Below, piece by piece: positions 13,474 to 22,545 of a stretch of DNA of 64,000 nt. The stretch is from Selaginella moellendorffii (Eukaryota > Plantae > Lycopodiophyta), in NCBI RefSeq assembly GCF_000143415.4, contig NW_003314291.1:1282517-1346516 (forward strand). The letters are read 5' to 3'. How positions within the stretch are numbered: the stretch's first letter is position 1; the number at the start of each line of letters is the position of its first letter. The position numbers and the translations under genes are program-made. The notes below the pieces were generated by a model that was not told the DNA's origin, searched no databases, and was given only the letters and a program-made list of their open reading frames with translations.

Positions 13474-14620
13474 TGTAAGGAACCAACTCGCCGAGGTGTC
13501 GTAGGCTAAAGGAACCCCGAAAGCATGACCAAAATGACAAAGAGTTCATCGGATGGGACCAAGTCGAAGATCGAGTCCAAGACCGACTCTAGGACCGAGT
13601 TCGAGATAGAGTCCGGAATCGAGTCCGAGACCGACTCGGGGACCGAGTTCGAGTCCGAGTTCGAGACCGAGTTCGAGACGGAGTCCGAGATCCGAAATCG
13701 GGTCCGAGACCGAGTCCGAGGTCGAGTCCGAGGTCGGGTCCGAGATCGGGTCCGAGATCGAGTCCGTGATCGAGTCCGAACCCGAATCCGAAGTCGGATC
13801 CGAAATCGGGTCCGAGATCGAGCCAAAGACTAAGTCCAAATACTAATACGGGTCAAGGGGTGAAAGCCCAAAGCGTGCGTCTCCCAGGGGGGGGGGCTGC
13901 AGGGGGTTCCAAAAGTATAGTAGGGATAGTGAGGTCCAGGAACCAGTTTTGAAGGGACTCTCCAGTTGGGCTTCCAAACCGACTTGAGGTTGGGACTGGG
14001 ACTAAGGGGCCTTGGGTGGGAGTGAGCATGGACTTGGCTGGTGCCGGAGGGGCCATCCAAGGAAGTGCTCAAGAGCAGCTCCCACTCCCGAAAGGGAAAC
14101 CGATTGCGGTGCTCCCGGCTCATGTGGAGTGGTGCCCCACTTGAGTACCATGCGGCTCATTGGTCCTCGCCCTTCCTAGGGGCTTGGGCCTTCCTTCGGG
14201 ACGGAAGTGGGGGGCGAGAGGTACCCATACCGGGCCGTTAGGCCACGGTGTTTCGCCCCGGCGTCCCGAAGCAAGTGTTGCACTCAAGACTTGGGATTTA
14301 GAGGGTCCCATGATCAAGTCTTGTGGTACCAAGGGATGTTAGGAACCTAGAAGCTTGGTGTGCTTGGCTGCTTGTGCTTGCGGGGAGTGTAGCCGAACCT
14401 TAAGTCCAGTCTAACCCGGGGAGGGGGATTGGGAGTGATTTGGGAATCCGTGGAAGGATGGCTAACACTCCGTTGCTCGTGCAGTGAGTAGCTGAAACCA
14501 AGTAGGAGTTGGTACCATAGGCGAGAACCTTGGCAAGGGAACTTAGCAAAAGCCAAGGCAGTGTTGGACGGATAGACGAGGTAAGCTGGCAAATTGGAAA
14601 GGAAAAATTTGTGGCTTACA
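13474..14620 (+). repeat. Family C 5' LTR
   Basis: TGTAAGG...CTTACA, near-identical to 19907-21054. Confidence 0.96.
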
Positions 14621-14623
14621 ATT

Positions 14624-14636
14624 TGGTATCGGAGCC
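14624..14636 (+). promoter_or_regulatory. Primer binding site (initiator tRNA-Met type)
   Basis: TGGTATCGGAGCC 3 nt after the LTR end. Confidence 0.9.
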
Positions 14637-14679
14637 TTTATCTCAGTTCTAGCGAAGGATAGAGGCGGATTGCTGGGAG

Positions 14680-17600
14680 ATGGCAAGGGCAGGGCGTAAG
14701 CGAACCCAGGCGGAGACGGAACCTCCGCCGGAGCTGGAGCCTCCGGTTGAACAAGAGGCTATGGATGAGGAATCCTTGCATGAGGAGGACTCCAGTGAGG
14801 AAACTTCCAAACAGGAGTCCGGTGGCGAGGTTCGGTCGTCCAAGGCTCGATTGGACGTGCTAGAAGGACAGTTGGCACAGACCAATGCCCTGCTGGAGAC
14901 TCTCGTACGCAAGTTAAAGCGTGACGAGAAGCGGAAGAAAAAGCGAAAGACTGCGGATGCTGGCAGCGCAGAAGGTGCGGACCCTTCGGCAGGGACTGAG
15001 GCAAAACCTGACAAGGTCGAACAGACCGAAGTGGAATCAGTCCCTCAGGCAGTTCCCAAGTACAAACCAAAGCCCCCACCGGTGTTCAAGGGAGTGAACG
15101 ACTATAAGGTTGTGGAGGATTGGTTTTACGATATGGAGGACTACTTCCGAGCGTTGCGGTTACCGAGCTCGGAGAAGGTCCCATGTGCAAAACCATACTT
15201 GGCAGATAATGCCAAGTCTTGGTGGAGAACAACGGAGGCCAACGAAGGACCGGTGGCCACCTGGGACATGATGAAGGCGAGGATCCGCGCGACATACGTT
15301 CCTCCGAATGCCACTCTGCATCTGAGAGATGAGTTGAGTAGGCTGAAGCAGACTGGAACCATCCAGGAATATGTGAATGGGTTCATGGCAAAGAGGATAC
15401 TTGTCACGGACATGGGGGATATGGATGCGTTCCATGCCTTTATATCAGGTTTGCAAACCTGGGCTCGCGGTGAGGTGATGCGCTGGAACCCGACCAACTA
15501 CAAGGAAGCGTTGGATGCGGCCATCAAGGTGCATTTCAACGATAACCTGCGAAAGGGGAACACGACGGGGTCGGGATCCACGTTTCACAAAGGGGCCAAA
15601 CCGAGGGGAACATATAGCAAGGGGAAATTCAAGAAGAGTTTCTCTAAGAATGAGTCCTCGGGGTTCCGGAAAGGCAAATCCGGTGGCCAGCGAGCGAGTA
15701 CGTGGGGAAGTCAAGCGAAAAGAGACAAACCCACGGATAAGAAGGTCAAGTCGTATAGCAGCGTGGGCAACAACGTATGCTACAACTGCGGCGAAGCGGG
15801 ACACTTCTCAAGGGAATGTCCCTACCCGAAGAAGGCCAGAGCCAATATGGCCATCAAGTCGGGTGAAGTCCAAACTGAGGTATGTGATCCAGTCCCTAAC
15901 TCAAAGTTACTCATTACACGAGCAACTTTGGTAGAGAGTCGTTCGCGACATCTACTAGCCCTCCGAGGGAAGCTCGGAGGTAGCTTTGTTAAGATCCTTA
16001 TTGACACGGGTGCTTCGGATAATTTTGTGGCTGCAGACATAGTCCGGCAAGCCGGACTAACGGTGCAGCGGCTAGGCGAACCAAGGACTATAGAGTTTGT
16101 TCAAGGTAGCCAAAGCACCGATGAGGTACTTCGACAAGCGAGAGTCGAAGTGGGGACATGGAAAGTGGACATGGATTTCACCGTCTTGGACATGGCGGGA
16201 TTTGACGTGATCTTCGGAATGGATTGGTTTAATCGGTTCGTGGTGGCCCTGCATGGACAAGGTAGGAACCTTGTGGTATTGGCGAATGCCCAAGGAAGAA
16301 GATCTAGGGTGGAGGCCCAGGATCTAAAGGTAGGGCAAAGCAAGGCCAAAGAGTCATGCTTAAACCTGGTGTCCACGAGAGGACAACTCACTAAAGGAAC
16401 TAAGGCAGCCTTTTTGTGCTTACTCTCGGTGAAGAGTGACAAAAAGACAAGAACGGAAGAAGTACCTTTAGTGATCCAGCAGGTGCTGGACCAATTCCAG
16501 GATACCATGCCAGAGGAGCTACCGGCGGGGTTGCCCCCCGCACGACCGATAGAACATAAGATTGAGCTGGTCGAGGGTGCTGAGGCGGTGGTTCGTCCAC
16601 CCTATCGATTGAACGAAAAAGAACTCAAGGAGCTCAAGAGCCAACTAGAGGAGTTGGTGGACAAAGGGTATGTTAGGTTGAGCAAGTCACCGTATGGGGC
16701 GCCGGTGCTATTTGTGAAAAAGAAAGATGGATCTATACGCATGTGCATAGACTACCGGTTGCTCAACAAGTATACCAAGAAGAACAAGTACCCTTTGCCA
16801 AGGATCGAGGACCTGTTCGATAGGTTGGGAAAGGCAAAATACTTCTCGAGGATTGACCTAAGGTCAGGATACTACCAAATCAGGGTAGCTGAGGAAGATG
16901 TCGAGAAGACAACCTGTCGAACGAGGTATGGGAGCTTTGAGTTTTTGGTGATGCCCTTTGGGCTGTGCAATGCGCCGGCAACATTTTCGGCGTTGATGAA
17001 CCACATCTTTGTACCCTATCTGGATCGCTTCGTGGTCGTCTATATTGACGACATCTTGATCTATAGCGAGACGCTAGAGGAGCATGCCGAACACTTGGCG
17101 AAGGTGTTTGAGAAACTAAGGGAACACAAACTGTATGCTAAAGAGAGCAAATGTAACTTTGCTCAACAAGAGGTAAAGTTTCTCGGGCATGTGGTGGGCC
17201 AGGACGGGCTCAAGGTGGACCCGGAGAAGGTCCAAGCGATCCAGGAATGGGAACGACCATCGAATGTACATGAGTTAAGGGCGTTCCTGGGGCTATGCAA
17301 CTACTATCGAAAGTTTATCAGACACTATTCGAGAGTAGCCCTGCCCTTAACGGACCAAACAGGAAAAGGGAAGATGGTATGGACAGCGGAATGCGAGGCG
17401 GCATTCGTCCACCTCAAAGGGAAGTTGAGGAAGGCTCCGGTGTTGGCATTACCAGACTTTGGTAAGGACTTTGAGGTAGACACGGATGCTTCGGACTTTG
17501 CGTTGGGCGCAGTTTTGAAGCAAGACAACCATCCAGTAGCGTTCTTCTCGAAGAAGCTGGACAAGGCTCAACGGAAGTGGCCTGCCCACGAGAAAGAATT

Positions 17601-19501
17601 GTTTGCGGTGGTCAAGGCGCTCAAGGAGTGGCGACACTACCTTGGGAGACACTTCAAGGTTTACACGGACAATGTGGCAACGAAACACTTCTTGTCACAG
17701 CCCGACCTAAGGGGAAAACAAGGTCGGTGGGCCAATGCTTTGGCCGAGTTTGATTGCGAGATCCTGTACAAGCCTGGGAAGAGCAACATCGTGGCAGATG
17801 CGCTAAGTCGAAAAGCGAGCTTGAAGTTGGCGATATCTAGCGCGACAGCAACCTTTTGGGACGATGTGCGGACCGCATACGAGAGTGATGGTCTAGCACA
17901 AGAAGTGTTGCTGAGGAATCTGGAGGCGCGGGAAGCTCACCAGAGAGGTGAGCTGCCAACGGAAGAGAAAACGGGCTATGCGGAACGCAACGGACTCATA
18001 TATTACAAGCAAACGAGGGTGTATGTTCCAGAAGGGGAACTAAGGAAAGTAGCCTTGGAAGAGTGTCATGACGGACCTCTTGCGGGACACGGCGGAGTGC
18101 CCAAGACGATGGGCTTACTCAAAAGGAAGTATCACTGGCCGGATATGGCTAAGGACGTCCAAGACTATGTAAAGACATGTCCAACATGTCAGCAGGTCAA
18201 AGCCGTGACGAAGGCTAGTGGGGGCTTGTTGCAAAGCATCCCCATTCCAGATCGTCCGTGGAAATGTCTCACGATGGACTTCATCACGGGACTACCCCCA
18301 AGCGAGGGGTTCGATGCGATATTCGTGGTGGTGGACCGATTTTCAAAGATGGCACATTTCATACCCACCACAACGGATGTGGATGCGGAAGGTGTGGCGA
18401 AGCTGTTCTTCGAACAAGTGGTTCGAGTGTGGGGAAGGCCGGAAGAGATTATCTCAGATCGAGATAAGATCTTCACCAGTAGGTTCTGGAGGACACTCCT
18501 AGAACAGTATCGCACCAAGTTGAAATTCAGCACGGCCTATCACCCACAGACAGGTAATGGGTATTGAGTCAAGATTGATGGCACTAACACTTCTTGACAG
18601 ACGGACAAACGGAAAGGGTGAATAGGCAGCTGGAGGATTATTTGCGATGCTATGTCTCGGGAGACCAGACCGACTGGGTAAGTCATTTGGGACTTGCGGA
18701 AATGTGTTATAACAACTCACCACATTCGAGCATCGGGGTGAGTCCATGGGAAGTCATCAATGGGCGAGCTATTGAAGGTCCTGTGGAACTCGGCGTGGCC
18801 GAGTATCATGGAGAGTTACCCGCAGTGGAGGCATTCACGGCGGAAAGACTCAACATTTGGAATCTAGTGAGGGATTCCTTGGAACGAGCTCAACAAAGGC
18901 AAACCAAGTACGCGAACCTAAAGCGCCGGGATGTAGAGTTCCAAGCTGGGGAGAAGGTGTGGCTGAACACCAAGAACCTTAGGCTACCAAGTGTGATCAG
19001 CCGAAAGTTGACCTCAAGGTAAAAATGCATGTATTCCTGTAAATGAATTGATCTTGAGTTCCTTAAGCAGGTTCGCGGGGCCTTACGAGATTGAGGCACG
19101 AATCNNNNNNNNNNNNNNNNNNNNNNNNNNNNNNNNNNNNNNNNNNNNNNNNNNNNNNNNNNNNNNNNNNNNNNNNNNNNNNNNNNNNNNNNNNNNNNNN
19201 NNNNCCAGTGTTCCATGTGAACTTACTCAAGCCGTACTTTGAGGATCCGCTTCGCAAGGACCAAGTAAGACCTTTACCTGAGGTTATCCAAGGGGAAGAG
19301 GAATACGAAGTCGAGGCCATCCTCAATGCGCGCAAGAGCAAGCGACAAGGACGCGAGGTGAGAGAGTTCCATGTGAAGTGGAAGGGATTTCCACACTGCG
19401 AAGCAACATGGGAACCGGAGGAGAACCTAGCGAACGCGCGAGATCTAGTGGAGGAATTTCTGCAAGGCAGAACTCTATGTACTTATGCAAAGTTCAATTA
19501 A
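14680..19501 (+). CDS. Spliced Gag-Pol polyprotein, join(14680..18553,18601..19018,19071..19501): Gag, CCHC, PR, RT, RNase H, IN, chromodomain; ~1557 aa using copy 2 to fill the gap
   Basis: 1295-aa ORF with [28 protein letters not shown] and HHCC; removing two GT-AG segments restores HPQTDGQTER and RKLTSRFAGPY; chromodomain YEVEAIL...VKWKGF...TWEP. Confidence 0.9.
15880..15934 (+). other. Candidate alternatively spliced intron (55 nt) at the gag/protease junction
   Basis: GAG|GTATGT...TTGGTAG|; removal gives a TAG stop 8 codons later; identical in copy 2 (53103-53157, -). Confidence 0.6.
18554..18600 (+). other. Spliceosomal intron 1 in integrase (47 nt)
   Basis: CAG|GTAATG...CACTAAC...GACAG|; removal restores the frame and the conserved motif. 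Confidence 0.9.
19019..19070 (+). other. Spliceosomal intron 2 in integrase (52 nt)
   Basis: AAG|GTAAAA...AAGCAG|G; AT-rich; removal restores R-F-A-G-P-Y. Confidence 0.88.
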
Positions 19502-19906
19502 AAATATATCAATTTGCAAAGTTGAGCAAGTGGCATATGTTGGGACCCGAAGGCGCGCCGAAGGTGAGCTAATTAGCATGGGTTAGCTAGGTCGACCAGG
19601 CGTAGGGAGCTACGCCCGACTCCCTGCGGGGATGTCGAAACCGTAGACGTATTCTACGGAGGTTGGGTTCGAGTCCCAACCCCCTAGTAAAGCAAGGCTG
19701 GGTTCAAGTCCCGACCCTATACTAGGACGTGGTGAGGGGTGGAGTATAGGGACACCTATATTCCGTTGTCATGAGCTCTTGGCCGGGGAGGCTAACTTAG
19801 GCACACCGCTAAGTGGGGGGATGCCCCTGGAGACATGGTCAACAAGTCGTAGGATAAAATGAGACGTTCGATGTGGGCATCGAACTTCTTCTATGGGTGG
19901 TGGAGT

Positions 19907-21054
19907 TGTAAAGAACCAACTCGCCGAGGTGTCGTAGGCTAAAGGAACCCCGAAAGCATGACCAAAATGACAAAGAGTTCATCGGATGGGACCAAGTCGA
20001 AGATCGAGTCCAAGACCGACTCTAGGACCGAGTTCGAGATAGAGTCCGGAATCGAGTCCGAGACCGACTCGGGGACCGAGTTCGAGTCCGAGTTCGAGAC
20101 CGAGTTCGAGACGGAGTCCGAGATCCGAAATCGGGTCCGAGACCGAGTCCGAGGTCGAGTCCGAGGTCGGGTCCGAGATCGGGTCCGAGATCGAGTCCGT
20201 GATCGAGTCCGAACCCGAATCCGAAGTCGGATCCGAAATCGGGTCCGAGATCGAGCCAGAGACTAAGTCCAAATACTAATACGGGTCAAGGGGTGAAAGC
20301 CCAAAGCGTGCGTCTCCCAGGGGGGGGGGGCTGCAGGGGGTTCCAAAAGTATAGTAGGGATAGTGAGGTCCAGGAACCAGTTTTGAAGGGACTCTCCAGT
20401 TGGGCTTCCAAACCGACTTGAGGTTGGGACTGGGACTAAGGGGCCTTGGGTGGGAGTGAGCATGGACTTGGCTGGTGCCGGAGGGGCCATCCAAGGAAGT
20501 GCTCAAGAGCAGCTCCCACTCCCGAAAGGGAAACCGATTGCGGTGCTCCCGGCTCATGTGGAGTGGTGCCCCACTTGAGTACCATGCGGCTCATTGGTCC
20601 TCGCCCTTCCTAGGGGCTTGGGCCTTCCTTCGGGACGGAAGTGGGGGGCGAGAGGTACCCATACCGGGCCGTTAGGCCACGGTGTTTCGCCCCGGCGTCC
20701 CGAAGCAAGTGTTGCACTCAAGACTTGGGATTTAGAGGGTCCCATGATCAAGTCTTGTGGTACCAAGGGATGTTAGGAACCTGGAAGCTTGGTGTGCTTG
20801 GCTGCTTGTGCTTGCGGGGAGTGTAGCCGAACCTTAAGTCCAGTCTAACCCGGGGAGGGGGATTGGGAGTGATTTGGGAATCCGTGGAAGGATGGCTAAC
20901 ACTCCGTTGCTCGTGCAGTAAGTAGCTGAAACCAAGTAGGAGTTGGTACCATAGGCGAGAACCTTGGCAAGGGAACTTAGCAAAAGCCAAGGCAGTGTTG
21001 GACGGATAGACGAGGTAAGCTGGCAAATTGGAAAGGAAAAATTTATGGCTTACA
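19907..21054 (+). repeat. Family C 3' LTR
   Basis: Follows PPT ATGGGTGGTGGAGT; TG...CA termini. Confidence 0.96.
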
Positions 21055-22158
21055 AATTGGCACAGCGAACAGCTTTGTTAATGGCATCCAACAGGTCCTT
21101 GGGATCCTCCATGGTGAGCAACAAATCCTTGACACCGTTGTTGAGGCCGAAAATGAAATTGGTCAATTAGGGCCCACTCATCCCACTGAGTGTCCAAGGC
21201 AAGGTGTTGGAACTCTGCAGTGTAGATCAAGGCAGGACAAGATCCTTGAGAGAGACGTCTCATCTTTGTGGTAGCAGCCCGAACCCGATCCATCTCGCCA
21301 AAACATGCTTCGAGCTTCTCTTTGAACAATTGAAGATCCATCAGCTCTGGAACCATGACCCCTTTCATGCTCTTCTCTAGAAGAGGAGAAAACCATGACA
21401 AAGCTGCACCTTTGAGCAATGTTATAATCGCGCCAATTTGAGACTCGGGAGTGGGGTACCGCCGATGTTGAAGTGCGAAGATCAGCTCCATCTGGTTTAG
21501 GAATCTGTGAAGCTCCGAACGCTTGCTTGAAAATTTCGCCGGGAAACTCACCTTCAATTTAGGAACTTTGCTAGATCCTTGAGCCGAAAGTGAAGAAAGC
21601 TCCTGCTGCATGCGAAGAAGGGTCGCCTTCAGCTCGGTATTCTCAAATTGGATTTTTGCAAGGACTTTGACAAAGAAATCAAGATGGCTTGGAGGATCCA
21701 TCGGCAAGAAGAAAGAAAAAGGGGGAAAAAAGGCAAAGGTAGTCAAACAATCAAAACGAGCTAAGCAAAAAACAAAAAAACACAATCTGAATCAAACTGT
21801 CAAGACCCCCAACAAGATAAAGACTGGAAAATGCAAAAGACAAAGAGAAAAGCTAGTGGAAACAAAGAAGAGGCCTTAGACTGGCATTAATTCAGATTGT
21901 GGAGAAATGGAACAAGGCTAACCTATATATACTATAGGTTGATGAAGTTCCACCACTCTTGGATCGAAGAGGGCCTAAATATAGCTAAGGTCGAGGAGGC
22001 ACCACATCATCATTAGGAATGTAGCTCGAGACTTAGGAATCGTATAGGAAATCAGAGAGTCAGGAATAAGGAAGTGTCGCGAAAGTCAGAAATGTGGTCT
22101 GCAGGTCAGGAATCCGGCGAGAGTCAGGAATGTGGCAAGAATTGGGGGATTCCTGACA
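21055..22158 (-). mobile_element. Truncated Gypsy element of a third family: 261-bp 5' LTR (21898-22158) plus gag
   Basis: TGTCAGG...CTCCACA LTR on the minus strand; Gag motifs FPAKFS...FLNQ...LLKGAALSWF...LSQG...YTAEF. Confidence 0.8.
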
Positions 22159-22545
22159 CCCTCACTTGGGGGGAGTCCTGTGATGAAGTCCATCGTAAGA
22201 CATTTCCATAGGCAATCTAGAATTGGGATGCTTTGTAACAAGCCCCCACTAGCCTTAGTCACGGCTTTGACCTATTGACATCTTAGACATGTCTTTATAT
22301 AATTTTGGACGTCCTTAGCCATATTTGGCCAGTAATACTTCCTCTTGAGTAAACCCATTGTCTTGGGCACTCCACCGTATCCCGCAAAAGGTCCGTCATA
22401 ACATTCTTCTAAGGCTACCTTCCTTAGTTCCCCTTCTGGAACATACACTCTCGTTTATTTATAATAGATGAGTCCATTGCATTCCGCATAATTTATTTTC
22501 TCTTCCGTTGGCAGCTCACTTCTTTAGTGAGCTTCTCGCGCCTCT
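22159..22545 (-). pseudogene. Decayed family C pol/integrase fragment
   Basis: Similar to 50728-51110. Confidence 0.85.

Larger units (their letters stand above)
13474..21054 (+). mobile_element. Full-length young Ty3/Gypsy chromovirus, family C copy 1, intron-containing
   Basis: LTRs 13474-14620 and 19907-21054 differ at about 6 positions; tRNA-Met-type PBS; single gag-pol; PPT before 19907; N gap at 19105-19204; no matching TSD. Confidence 0.96.

Noticed and set aside
13506-13839. ORFs with RVRD/SDSI/LGLD repeats in family C LTRs (also near 19958, 48815, 55196, 55600)
   Set aside because: Stop-free frames are a by-product of the hexamer tandem repeats; no independent evidence of coding
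19063-19242. ORFs spanning the N run
   Set aside because: Artefacts of the 100-N placeholder; copy 2 indicates 51 nt of ordinary integrase sequence
19615-19650. Possible hammerhead ribozyme (stem followed by CGAAAC)
   Set aside because: No CTGANGA core was found at the required position
19660-19720. tRNA gene suggested by GGTTCGAGTCC
   Set aside because: No D-arm/A-box or complete cloverleaf; kept only as a structured UTR element
21055-21070. PBS-like TGGCACAGCG after the 3' LTR suggesting a tandem element
   Set aside because: The sequence reads as the continuation of the minus-strand gag (LLDAINKAVRCAN)
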